In this document: one piece after another, positions 55,477 to 64,000 of the stretch
Layout: every line of letters begins with the position of its first letter
Position numbering within the stretch: the stretch's first letter is position 1
From: Terracidiphilus sp.
Lineage (GTDB): Bacteria > Acidobacteriota > Terriglobia > Terriglobales > Acidobacteriaceae
Direction: 5' to 3'
DNA: 64,000 bases
Assembly: GCA_049518435.1 (NCBI GenBank)
Contig: JBEKRU010000021.1
Coordinates: 63-64,062 of the forward strand
The notes under the pieces: model-generated
Told to the model about the DNA's origin: nothing
What the model saw: only the letters and a program-made list of their open reading frames with translations
Databases searched by the model: none
Position numbers and translations under genes: made by a program

Positions 55477-55905
55477 CCGCAAAATCGAGTCCGCATTGTT
55501 CAATCGGAGGGTGAAATCAGAGGCCAAAAGTCTGCTTACAAGGTGACAAATCGGGGCGGGGCTCACCCTATGAGGTTACATATCTTGCAGAAACTAACCT
55601 CACAAAGTGAGCGATCGCGCGTTTTTTCTGCCCGCACATGGATGAATATGACCAGCGAGTTTGCCTGCAATTACCCATTTTCCCGCAAAAACGGATTTAA
55701 ACACATCGAGATGCAGCGTAACCTCCTGATTTCAAGTGGGTTTTTGTGTTTTTTGGTGTGTGCGGGGTGAAAGTTCATAGTTCATAGTGTCATCTGAGGT
55801 GGGACAGACGCTCGGCCTGCGTTGCTCGAGGGCTCGGTTGAATTGTTATACCATTGGACGTACAATCGGAGGGCACGGGAGCGAATTTCGACGGGAGGGC
55901 TTGCT

Positions 55906-56211
55906 ATGCCACAGACCGCAGGAGCAGAAACGAGTGAGCGCCGCACACGCGGTACGCGGCTTGGGTTTCGCGTGGATGCCGAGACAAAGAGGCTGGTGGA
56001 ACGCGCCGCCGCGCTGGAGCGGAGGAGCCTGACCGATTTTTGCCTTACAGCGCTGACCGAGGCGACGCGGGAGACAATCACGCGGCATGAAAGCCTCTCG
56101 CTTTCCGAACGCGACCGCGCGGTTTTCTTCGATGCTTTGATTCACGCTCCAAAGCCCAATGCACGTTTGCGGCGCGCGTTTCGGTCGGCTGAGGAGCGGG
56201 TGGTCTCCTAG
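55906..56211 (+). CDS. DUF1778 (TacA-like) antitoxin
   Basis: ..RLGFRVDAETKRLVERAAALERRSLTDFCLTALTEATRETI..LSERDRAVFFDALIHAPKPN.. is an RHH/DUF1778 pattern. GGGAGGG lies upstream of ATG 55906. The stop overlaps the toxin start. Confidence 0.8.
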   Translation: MPQTAGAETSERRTRGTRLGFRVDAETKRLVERAAALERRSLTDFCLTALTEATRETITRHESLSLSERDRAVFFDALIHAPKPNARLRRAFRSAEERVVS

Positions 56212-56738
56212 TGGAGCTTGCGCCCGAACGGCGTTACCGGATAGAGCCGTTGGGGAAACAGCACGACCGGGCCGGTTTCTGCTGCGCAGTGGAAAGTCTC
56301 GACAGTTATCTGAAAACGCAGGCATCGCAGGACATGCGCCGCAAGGCCAATGCTGTTTTTGTATTGGTTGCGGAAGAATCCCCGGAAAGAATTGTGGGGT
56401 ATTTCACATTGTGCGCTTACGGGCTTGCGCCGGGAGACGTTCCCGAAGAGGCCCGGAAACATATTCCCCGGTACCCGCAGGTGAGCGCGACTCTACTCGG
56501 CCGGTTGGCAGTGAGTTTGGAATTTCAAGGGCAACGGCTGGGCGCGGTTCTATTAGCCGAAGCACTGCGCAAGGCTTACGAAAATGCCGCCGTTGTGGGG
56601 TCATCGATGGTCGTAGTGGACGCAATCGACGATCGAGCGGCGCGGTTCTACCGGGCCCATGGATTCATTCCGTTGCCCGATTCAACGCGGCTGGTGTTGC
56701 CAATGCGGACGATTGGTGCGGTGGTAATCAGTTCATAG
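56211..56738 (+). CDS. GNAT-family acetyltransferase toxin (TacT/AtaT-like)
   Basis: 175 aa with ..VGYFTLCAYGL.., ..LGRLAVSLEFQGQRLGAVLLAEAL.. (acetyl-CoA pocket) and ..DAIDDRAARFYRAHGFIPLP... The GTG start overlaps the antitoxin TAG by 1 nt. Confidence 0.8.
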   Translation: MELAPERRYRIEPLGKQHDRAGFCCAVESLDSYLKTQASQDMRRKANAVFVLVAEESPERIVGYFTLCAYGLAPGDVPEEARKHIPRYPQVSATLLGRLAVSLEFQGQRLGAVLLAEALRKAYENAAVVGSSMVVVDAIDDRAARFYRAHGFIPLPDSTRLVLPMRTIGAVVISS

Positions 56739-56787
56739 TTCTTAGTTCTTAGTTCTTAGTTCATAGTTCTTAGTTCATAGTTCTTAG
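56732..56787. repeat. Heptanucleotide microsatellite (TTCWTAG) x 8
   Basis: ttcatag ttcttag ttcttag ttcttag ttcatag ttcttag ttcatag ttcttag. A 2-unit copy (ttcatag x 2) lies at 55774..55787, upstream of the TA pair. Confidence 0.9.
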
Positions 56788-57147
56788 TTTTGAAGGGCGG
56801 GCGAGGACGGCAAGGGTGGCGGCAAGGAGGGTCATTACGAGCGGGAAGATCGGGTTGTAGAGGGGCAGGGTGAAACAGAGCCAGGTTCCCAGGCCCACGG
56901 TGCAGGTGATGATGATGGCGCCGTAGAAGGTGTGGCGCGGGATGAGGATGAGGATGGCCCCGGCGGTGTCGGCGGCTCCGGAGACGTAGCGGAACCACTG
57001 GCCCCAGCCGATGGCGTCGAAGAATGGAATCGTGCCCATGGTTCCGGTCAGCTTTTCTATGCCGATGCCGAGAAAGAGCAGGCCGAGAAGGATTCGGAGG
57101 ATCCAGGTTAGGATTAGGCGGGGTTTGCCAGTGGGTTGTGGGGTCAT
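56770..57147 (-). CDS. DoxX-family membrane protein
   Basis: ..ILRILLGLLFLGIGIEKLTG.., four hydrophobic helices and about 125 aa from ATG 57147. The last residues (KLRTMN) and the stop are encoded by the heptamer repeat. Confidence 0.75.
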   Translation of the reverse strand: MTPQPTGKPRLILTWILRILLGLLFLGIGIEKLTGTMGTIPFFDAIGWGQWFRYVSGAADTAGAILILIPRHTFYGAIIITCTVGLGTWLCFTLPLYNPIFPLVMTLLAATLAVLARPSKLRTMN

Positions 57148-57184
57148 GATTTGGCTCCTGGATGGAGAATACCCGACCAACTGC

Positions 57185-58040
57185 GCGCGGCTTGCGCCGC
57201 GTACTTGATCTTTCGATTTTTTGTGGGTGGGATTGTGCCGGGGATGAAGCCCCGGCCTACCGTGCGAAAGAGCCCGCAGGGGCTAAAGCCCGGGGCTTCT
57301 TATGGGCACTATCGGCACGGCTAAAGCCATGCCCTGATACAAAACTCTGGCCTTGAAATAAAGCTCGGGCGCGTTGCGGGCGCGTTTCCGCTTGCAGCGG
57401 GTTTGTGCTACCATGCGTAGGGCCCGCAGGGGCTAAAGCCCGGGGCTTCTTATGGGCACTATCGGCACGGCTAAAGCCATGCCCTGATACAAAGCTCTGG
57501 CCTTGAAATAAAGCTCCGGCGCGTTGCGGGCTCGTTTCCGCTTGCAGTGGAAACAAGCACGCGGCTTGCGCCGCGTGCTTGATCTTTCGATTTTTTGTGG
57601 GCGGGTTGGTGCCGGGGATGAAGCCCCGGCCTACCGGTAGAGCCCGTTGTGGGCGCGCGGAACGGAGATGGCAGGGGCTAAAGCCCGGGGGATTTTTTGT
57701 GTTCTTTCGGCACGACTGAAGTCGTGCCCTGTTACAAAACCTTCCCGAGATGGCGTTTTCCAGCGCCTGTAAAGTCGTGCCCCTTCACACATCTACCCTT
57801 CGTGCCGGGGATGAAGCCCCGGCCTACCGATAAGACCCGCGGTGCCGGGGATGAAGCCCCGGCCTACCGATAAGACCCGCGGTGCCGGGGATGAAGCCCC
57901 GGCCTACCGATAAAACCCGCGGCTAAAGCCGGCCTTCCTTAAGGCCGTATTCAGGGGCCTCAAGGCCCCTGCTCCCTCCAACGGCGGCTTGTTGCCGGGG
58001 ATGAAGCTCCGGCCTACCGGTAGAGCCCGTTGTGGGCGGG
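57185..58040. repeat. Mosaic of hairpin-forming (REP/BIME-like) intergenic repeats
   Basis: 126-nt unit x 2 (57272..57397, 57422..57547; 3 mismatches). 78-nt unit x 2 (57185..57262, 57559..57636). The core TGCCGGGGATGAAGCCCCGGCCTACCG occurs 6 times. A 40-nt tandem x 3 lies at 57802..57921. Many short GC stems carry TAAA/TGAA loops. Confidence 0.85.
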
Positions 58041-58050
58041 TGGACTTTGC

Positions 58051-59682
58051 TTATTTGGCCGTGGGAGCAGGGGTTTCGATGCGGGGAAGCATGTCTTGGC
58101 GGGTGGCGGCGTTGTAGGCGAACCAGGCTTCAATCATCGATCCCTGCATGACGTCGCCGGCTTGCACGCGGTCATACAAATCCATATTGGAATGATGCGT
58201 GCGGGTGCCGTATTCAAGCGGGTCCTGCATGAAGCCGATGCCGTCGAGGCCGATCCAGGAGAAGCTGGTGGAGTCGGTTCCACCGGGTTGCAATGTGGGG
58301 CCGGCGGTGAGACCAGTGACCGCCTCGATGCCGAGATCTTTGATGGGCGCGATCCAGGACTGAAAGATTGCTGCCAGCTCGGAGTTGCCGAGGGCCGACA
58401 CGCCGCGGAATTTGCCGGAGCCTGAGTCGTCGTTGAAGTAGACATCGAGCTTGTCGTATTCGGGGGTCTTCTTCATGGTGTCGCGCGGGGCGAAGTGCTG
58501 CTGCACATAGGCGAGCGAACCGTAGAGGCCTTCCTCTTCGCCTCCCCAGAGAGCGACGCGGACGGTGCGGGCCATGGGCTTGTGGAGGGTGGCGAGAATG
58601 CGGACAGCTTCCATGGCGACGGACGAGCCGGTGCCGTTGTCGGTTGCGCCGGTGCCGCCCTGCCAGCTATCAAAATGGCCGCCGACCATGACGACTTCGT
58701 CGGGCCTGGTTGTGCCGGGAATTTCTCCGATTACGTTGAAGGCCATCTGATCATCCTTCTGGTATTCGGTATCGATATCGAACGTAAGCTTGGGGGTGAT
58801 GCCGTGCTGGAGCAGCCGGCAGATGCGGTTGTACTGCTCGGGCGTGATGGCGGCCATGGGCGGACCGATGGGATCCTTGGGATCTTGCGATCCGCCATAG
58901 GTGGCAAAGACGGTGCCGCCGTCGCCGTTGTAACCGGGAGTGAGGGCGACGGCTACGCCTTCAGCCTTGAGGAAGGCATTGACCTGGTTGCGGAGAATGC
59001 GGCCGGTGGGTGCGGCGGTGGTGAGGGTGGCGGGCGTGTACTCGCCGGGGCGAGGCGCGGGGGGCGCGGGGCGGCCGCCAAAGTTGAAGCCGGTGTGCGA
59101 TGGGTCAGGAGTTTTGGTGCGCGCGGCTAACTCTTCGTCAGTGAGGCGGTGGGCGTCGGGATCGGTGTGGAGGGTTAGCTCGCGGGGATCGAAGATGAGG
59201 ACGATTTTGCCTTTGAGCTTGCCTTTGTATTTGGCGAAGTCGTCTTGCGAATGGAGAGGGGCGAGGACGGCTTCAGCGGTGATGGAGCCGTTGGTGCCGG
59301 GGGTCCACGCAAGGGGGAAGCCGATGAGCGGGGCGTAGGCGGGGGACTCGAGTGCGCCGTAGAATTTCTTGATCTGCCATCCGTCGCCGAAGGGACCCCA
59401 TTTTTCGAGATGGACGTTTTGCAGGCCCCAGGACTTGAGTTGCTGCATGGCCCACTCGGCGGCGGCGCGATGATTGCGGCTGTTGGTGATGCGTGGGCCG
59501 TAGACCTCAGAAATGTAAAAGAGGTTCTCCATGACCTGAGAGTGTTGGAAGGCTTCGTTCTTGATCTGGGTGAGAGCGGCGAGATCGACTTTGTCGGCGC
59601 CTGCCTCTTGCGAGGGCGCGGAGGAGAGGAACAGGAGAGCAGCAGTGCACGCGGCGGCAAGCCTGATGGGGGGCAGATTCAT
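58051..59682 (-). CDS. M28-family peptidase with PA domain (secreted aminopeptidase-like)
   Basis: A signal peptide is present. ..VVMVGGHFDSWQGGTGATDNGTGSSVAMEAVRIL.. and ..VALWGGEEEGLYGSLAY.. are the M28 zinc-ligand motifs. Confidence 0.85.
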   Translation of the reverse strand: MNLPPIRLAAACTAALLFLSSAPSQEAGADKVDLAALTQIKNEAFQHSQVMENLFYISEVYGPRITNSRNHRAAAEWAMQQLKSWGLQNVHLEKWGPFGDGWQIKKFYGALESPAYAPLIGFPLAWTPGTNGSITAEAVLAPLHSQDDFAKYKGKLKGKIVLIFDPRELTLHTDPDAHRLTDEELAARTKTPDPSHTGFNFGGRPAPPAPRPGEYTPATLTTAAPTGRILRNQVNAFLKAEGVAVALTPGYNGDGGTVFATYGGSQDPKDPIGPPMAAITPEQYNRICRLLQHGITPKLTFDIDTEYQKDDQMAFNVIGEIPGTTRPDEVVMVGGHFDSWQGGTGATDNGTGSSVAMEAVRILATLHKPMARTVRVALWGGEEEGLYGSLAYVQQHFAPRDTMKKTPEYDKLDVYFNDDSGSGKFRGVSALGNSELAAIFQSWIAPIKDLGIEAVTGLTAGPTLQPGGTDSTSFSWIGLDGIGFMQDPLEYGTRTHHSNMDLYDRVQAGDVMQGSMIEAWFAYNAATRQDMLPRIETPAPTAK

Positions 59683-59991
59683 TGTTTTCTCGCTTTCACG
59701 ATGAAGTTGAGCTGGGAGTGGGGTTTGGCCCCCGCTCCTTTAAAGACGGGTTGGTCGAGACGAGCTGGTCGAGACGGGTTGGCGGAGATGGGTTGGTCGA
59801 GACGAGTTGTGTGCCTGAGCAGGGGAATTTCGCGCTGAAACAAAAGTATTGAATTTGCTTCGACAACGCAACACAAATTGGCTGCTGAGCGGGACGGGCA
59901 GGCTGAAGTTGTCCCAGGCATCTGTGAGTTTACCGATTGCCTGACGCCTTGACCTTCTACATATCGACGTGTATATGTAGAAGTAACAGGT

Positions 59992-60342
59992 ATGAAGAAG
60001 CCAACCAAATTCGATCTTCCTCAAGGCACTCTTGACCTCCTGATTCTGCGGGTGGTTGCGCTGGGACCAATACATGGCTACGCGATAGCACAAAGGATTC
60101 AGCAGATGTCGCAGGATGCGCTCCAGGTTCAGCAGGGATCGCTGTATCCGGCATTGCACCGGCTGGAGTACAAGAAGTTTCTTGCCGCGGACTGGAGGCC
60201 ATCGGAGACCGGGCGCGAGGCAAAGTTCTATCGGCTCACGGCCAGGGGAAAGCATCAGCTTGAAAATGAGGCCGCGAGTTGGGCCCGGCTCACGGAAGTG
60301 GTGGGAATGATTCTTCAAGGTCCGCAGGAGGAGCTGTCATGA
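59992..60342 (+). CDS. PadR-family transcriptional regulator
   Basis: ..LDLLILRVVALGPIHGYAIAQRIQQMS..VQQGSLYPALHRLEYKKFL..GREAKFYRLTARG.. is a canonical PadR winged helix. The stop overlaps the next ATG (ATGA). Confidence 0.9.
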   Translation: MKKPTKFDLPQGTLDLLILRVVALGPIHGYAIAQRIQQMSQDALQVQQGSLYPALHRLEYKKFLAADWRPSETGREAKFYRLTARGKHQLENEAASWARLTEVVGMILQGPQEELS

Positions 60343-63008
60343 GCTGGTTGCAGAGGCTTTTCGCCGGTAAACGCATGGAGCGAGATCTCGACTCCGAGAT
60401 TCGGTTTCACCTGGAGCAGCAGATTGCCGACAAGGTGCGCGCGGGCATTTCAGAGGACGAAGCGCGACGAACGACTCGTCTGGAGTTCGGCGGCATGGCG
60501 CAGATCAAGGAGGATTGCCGCGAAAGCCGGGGCACGTTGTGGGTCGCCTCCGTGCTTCAGGATCTTCGTTTTGCCCTGCGGCAATTGCGCAACTCGCCGG
60601 GGTTTGCGATCACGGCGATTGTGACGCTGTCGCTTGGCATTGGCGCATCCTCAGCCATTTTCAACGTGATTGATGCGGTGCTGTTGCGGCCGCTGCCCTA
60701 CGCGGATCAGGAGCGCCTTGTTTACCCGGTGATGATCTCGCGTACCGGGGATACCTTGCCGTCGTCCTACCTGAGCTATCTCGATGTTCGCGCGCAGCAG
60801 CGGACACTCGATGCACTGGCCGCCTATTCCATGTTCGGCAGGGTCAACCTTGAAGGGCCCAGTGGACCTGTGGCGCTGAAAGCAGTCAAGAGCACGGACA
60901 ATTTCTTCGATGTGTTTGGAGTGAAGCCGCTGCTTGGCCGCACCTTTCTTCCTGGAGAAGATCTGCCGGGCAAAGACAACGTGGTGGTGCTGAGCTATGA
61001 GGTTTGGCAAAGCAGTTTTGGCGGACGGACCGACGTAGTCGGCAAGGATGTGCAACTCGATGGAACCGCGTATACGGTGATCGGCGTGATGCCCGCGGGA
61101 TTCCGCTTTCCGCTGGAAGCAAGAGGAGCTGTCTACACGCCACTGCACACAAATCCAGCCTGGGCAAAGGCGCGCGGCATGCATTGGATGCGGACCGTTG
61201 GCAAACTGAAACAGGGAGTGAGCAACGAACAGGCGCGCACCGATTTGAATCGCGTGATGGCCGACCTTGCCCGTGCGTATCCGGAGCAGGAAACCGGGCA
61301 TACTGTGTCTCGTTTATTGCCATTGGACGTGGCGGCAAACAGCCTTGACCGGTTTGGCAACCGCACGATTGCCGGCCCGCTTGGCACATTGGCCATGGCT
61401 GTGCTCGCGCTGCTGGCCATTGCCTGCGTCAACGTGGCTGGATTGCTGATGGCGCGCGGCGTGAAGCGCGAGCGAGAGATGGCGCTACGCTCCGCAGTCG
61501 GCGCCAGCCGTTCGCGGTTGATGCGGCAACTTGTCAACGAGAGTCTTGTGCTTTGCTTTGCGGGGTTGGTGGGCGGCGTATTGGTGGGCTGGGCGGTGCT
61601 GAAGTCGATGAATGTGTTTCTGGTGCAGGCCATGTCGCGCGGCGCGGACATACACCTCAACCTTGCCGTGGTTGCTGTGGCGGCTGCGCTTTCGCTGTTC
61701 GCCAGTATGCTTGCATCACTCTCCCCTGCCCTGCGGCTCTCGGGTGCAGACCCCAATCGCGCGTTGCGTGCGGGCAGCGCGGGAGCAGGCACAGGACGCA
61801 GCCAGCATCGGCTTCGGTCCGCGTTCGTCATTACGCAGGTCGCGCTCTCGCTTGTTTTGCTGGTTGTCTCGGGGCTGCTGCTCAAGAACCTGCAAGGCCT
61901 GCTGCACACCGATCTCGGGATCGATTCGGCCAGGATTCTGACCACCCGTCTTGAGCTCTCCAAAGGCCACTACGCAGGACGCGATCCTATCGCCACGTTT
62001 TACAACCCACTACTGGCAAAGGTAGCCAGCCTCCCGGGAGTGCAGGGCGTGGGCGTCATCGATTTGCTCCCTGTGCAGGCCTTTGGAGACGGATATGGCA
62101 TCCACATCACCGGGCAGCCGCCGTACCCGCCAAATCTGGATATGGGCGCTGAGACCCGCTATGTCTCCGCGGGATACTTCAATGCGATGGGGCTTCAACT
62201 CACCGACGGACGGCTGCTGTCACCCTCGCTCGACAAGGCGGAAAATCTTGCCGGGACGATGGTCGTGAATCGGGCCTTTCAACACAAGTTCTTTCCAGCG
62301 GGTGGCGATCCGGTGGGCGCACATATCGACGATGCACCCAAACCGGAACTGAAAAGCGGTATTGTGGGCGTCGTGACCAACGTGCGGCAGGCGCTGCGCG
62401 AACCGCAGATGGCGGAGATGGATTGGCTCATGGACGAGATCGATCCCAAGGACCGGATGCAAAACCTGAACAGCATGGCGTTGATTGTGCGTTCCAATGG
62501 CGACCTGAGCACGCTTGTGCCTGCGCTTCGCAATGCCGTGCATGAGGTCGATCCAACTGTTCCCTTCAGGACTCCGGAAACGATGAACGACATCGTCAGC
62601 AACAGCATCACGCTTGACCGGCTGGAAGGATGGCTATTCGGCATCTTCGCGGCTCTCGCGCTTCTGCTGGCCATCGTTGGGCTTTACGGCCTGGTCAACC
62701 ATGAAGTTGAACTGCGCACGCGCGAAATCGGCATCCGCATGGCACTCGGTTCAACCCGCATGCAGGTGACAAAACTGCTTCTCGGCAAAGTGGCGCTGCT
62801 TATGGTGTCTGGTCTCACTATTGGATGGATACTTACGCTTGCCCTGAGAAACGTGTTGCAGTCGGTCGTGGAAATGCACGCCAGGCACGACTTTGTGTTG
62901 CTGGCTGGGGTCACAGCGGGCTTGGCGTTGGTTGGCATCCTGGCCAGTCTCATCCCTGCGCGCCGTGCTGCTTCTGTCGAGCCCGTTCAAGCGTTGCGAA
63001 CGGACTAG
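60339..63008 (+). CDS. ADOP family duplicated MacB/FtsX-like permease (PadR-associated)
   Basis: The start MSWLQRLFAGKRMERDLDSEIRFHLEQ.. is a typical ADOP N-terminal extension. There are two FtsX modules, and the protein ends ..IPARRAASVEPVQALRTD. Confidence 0.85.
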   Translation: MSWLQRLFAGKRMERDLDSEIRFHLEQQIADKVRAGISEDEARRTTRLEFGGMAQIKEDCRESRGTLWVASVLQDLRFALRQLRNSPGFAITAIVTLSLGIGASSAIFNVIDAVLLRPLPYADQERLVYPVMISRTGDTLPSSYLSYLDVRAQQRTLDALAAYSMFGRVNLEGPSGPVALKAVKSTDNFFDVFGVKPLLGRTFLPGEDLPGKDNVVVLSYEVWQSSFGGRTDVVGKDVQLDGTAYTVIGVMPAGFRFPLEARGAVYTPLHTNPAWAKARGMHWMRTVGKLKQGVSNEQARTDLNRVMADLARAYPEQETGHTVSRLLPLDVAANSLDRFGNRTIAGPLGTLAMAVLALLAIACVNVAGLLMARGVKREREMALRSAVGASRSRLMRQLVNESLVLCFAGLVGGVLVGWAVLKSMNVFLVQAMSRGADIHLNLAVVAVAAALSLFASMLASLSPALRLSGADPNRALRAGSAGAGTGRSQHRLRSAFVITQVALSLVLLVVSGLLLKNLQGLLHTDLGIDSARILTTRLELSKGHYAGRDPIATFYNPLLAKVASLPGVQGVGVIDLLPVQAFGDGYGIHITGQPPYPPNLDMGAETRYVSAGYFNAMGLQLTDGRLLSPSLDKAENLAGTMVVNRAFQHKFFPAGGDPVGAHIDDAPKPELKSGIVGVVTNVRQALREPQMAEMDWLMDEIDPKDRMQNLNSMALIVRSNGDLSTLVPALRNAVHEVDPTVPFRTPETMNDIVSNSITLDRLEGWLFGIFAALALLLAIVGLYGLVNHEVELRTREIGIRMALGSTRMQVTKLLLGKVALLMVSGLTIGWILTLALRNVLQSVVEMHARHDFVLLAGVTAGLALVGILASLIPARRAASVEPVQALRTD

Positions 63009-63072
63009 CCGGATCGCAAGGGCGGGTTGGTGAGGCCCGGGCAGGGAGCGGTAGACTGATCGCACAAGGGGG

Positions 63073-63507
63073 ATGAATATGAATGACAATCCCGGAATTG
63101 TGCGGAGCGGGGGAGAGGGAAAAACAGGGGAAGAACAAATACGCGAAGCGCTGAATGCGCACTGGCACGCGTCGGCGGCCGGGGACCTGGACGCGGAGCA
63201 CGCTATTTACGAGGACGATGCCATTTGCGACTATCCGCAGTCAGGCGAGCGCATCCTGGGGAGGAGCAATCTGCAGGCGCTGCGGGGACATCATCCTGGG
63301 AAGCCGTCAGGGTTCCAGGTGCGGCGCATGATCGGGGCGGGCGATTTGTGGATTACCGAATACACGATCACTTACCAGGGGCGGCCAGCATTCACGGTCA
63401 GCATTATGGAATTCCGCAACGGCAAGGTGGTGCACGAGACACAGTATTTCGCGGATCCCTTCGAGGCGCCGGCCTGGCGGCGCCAATGGGTTCAGCTGAC
63501 GGCGTGA
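63073..63507 (+). CDS. SnoaL/NTF2-like fold protein
   Basis: 144 aa with ..EEQIREALNAHWHASAAGDLDAEHAIYEDDAICDYPQSGERI..GDLWITEYTITYQGRPAFTVSIMEFRNGKVVHETQYF... AAGGGGG lies upstream of the ATG. Confidence 0.7.
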   Translation: MNMNDNPGIVRSGGEGKTGEEQIREALNAHWHASAAGDLDAEHAIYEDDAICDYPQSGERILGRSNLQALRGHHPGKPSGFQVRRMIGAGDLWITEYTITYQGRPAFTVSIMEFRNGKVVHETQYFADPFEAPAWRRQWVQLTA

Positions 63508-63819
63508 CGGGTAATGGTCATGCGATGAATAACGACCGTGGTCTGAAAAGAAACAGAATGAAAAATCGAAGGGCCCGATGGCCGACGGTCGGCATTTGCG
63601 GTCTCCCACCCATCGAGCGATGAAACTGCTCGATGGATGGGGCACCCGGCGGATGGCGTGACGGCCGAATGGACATGCGACGTCGACCGACCTTGCCCCA
63701 ATGCAAGGCGACTGCGGCCTGGATCGGCTAACCTTAAACTACGTCATGTCTGATCGGTTCTTCTCCCTCTCGAATTGGATCTTCTTCTTCTGCTGCGCCG
63801 CGCGCAGGGCCGGGGCGCG

Positions 63820-64000
63820 ATGAAAGCGCGCGTCTCCGATTTAACCGCGATTTTTTTTGCTTGCTTCGGGTTCACCTGCTGGGTGCTGGGCGACAGCTGC
63901 ATCAAGTGGATTGGACAGTTCGGGCTGCCACCGGAAGAGGTGGTCGCGTTCATGGGCTTGTTCATGGCGCTGACGCTTGCTTTACAGGGGGCGGTGCGGC
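63820..64000 (+). CDS. Partial (5' end) membrane protein, DMT/EamA-like suspected
   Basis: MKARVSDLTAIFFACFGFTCWVLGDSCIKWIGQFGLPPEEVVAFMGLFMALTL.. runs off the window. The family guess rests only on the N-terminal pattern. Confidence 0.4.
   Translation, partial: MKARVSDLTAIFFACFGFTCWVLGDSCIKWIGQFGLPPEEVVAFMGLFMALTLALQGAVR

Noticed and set aside
55571-55602. Sigma54-type promoter (GG-N-TTGCA) and an 8-bp inverted repeat TGAGGTTA-N16-TAACCTCA downstream of the bEBP-like gene.
   Set aside because: The GG to GC spacing is 13 rather than the strict 12, and the flanking consensus bases (TGGCAC) are absent. The inverted repeat alone is not enough to call a site.
55842-55866. ATTGT-N15-ACAAT inverted repeat upstream of the antitoxin as an autoregulatory operator.
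   Set aside because: Only 5 bp per arm, which is expected by chance in a region this size. Not reported as a feature.
57257-57556. 99-aa ORF with an internal protein repeat (..GHGFSRADSAHKKPRALAPAG.. x 2).
   Set aside because: It coincides exactly with the 126-nt DNA repeat pair and has no RBS or recognisable fold. It is most simply a translation artefact of intergenic repeats.
57802-57921. Possible CRISPR array (40-nt direct repeats with an internal palindrome).
   Set aside because: The repeats are contiguous with no unique spacers, there are only three units, and no cas genes occur in the window. This is a tandem REP-like repeat, not CRISPR.

Overview
This 64 kb chromosomal window (GC in the high 50s %) most likely comes from an Acidobacteriota (Terriglobia-like) genome. 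The taxonomic markers are two ADOP-type duplicated MacB/FtsX permeases (one paired with PadR), two VWFA-related Acidobacterial-domain proteins, a GWxTD protein and carboxypeptidase-regulatory-domain outer-membrane proteins. I saw no transposase, integrase, CRISPR array or rRNA. There is one tRNA, tRNA-Lys(CTT). The centre of the window (about 21.2-38.0 kb) is a large envelope/exopolysaccharide locus. It holds a GT4 glycosyltransferase, a 1406-aa TPR plus C-terminal beta-barrel protein (PelB/BcsC/PgaA-like architecture) and a four-gene overlapping operon led by a GT-C-like polytopic membrane protein. It also holds a GtrB/ArnC-like GT2, a lipoprotein glycoside hydrolase, a MOP-type flippase fused to a soluble domain with a DGNHR motif, a lone STAS protein and a thymidylate-kinase-like P-loop protein. 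My two best candidates for an undescribed system are this locus and a KaiC-like double-domain ATPase (45950..47464). The ATPase is translationally coupled to two mutually paralogous upstream proteins of unknown family, and no KaiA or KaiB is present. Other notable items are a TacA/TacT-like (DUF1778/GNAT) toxin-antitoxin pair bracketed by a TTCWTAG heptamer microsatellite, and an 850-bp mosaic of hairpin (REP-like) repeats that includes a 3 x 40 nt tandem. There is also a sigma54-activator-like protein lacking the GAFTGA segment, and a MacA-like adaptor plus ABC ATPase with no adjacent permease. An unusually high number of reading frames are interrupted: ETF-like, VWA, phosphoesterase, Crp/Fnr, lectin-like and others. 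Some breaks are nonsense codons and several sit in mononucleotide runs. All family calls come from motif recognition by eye; I ran no searches.
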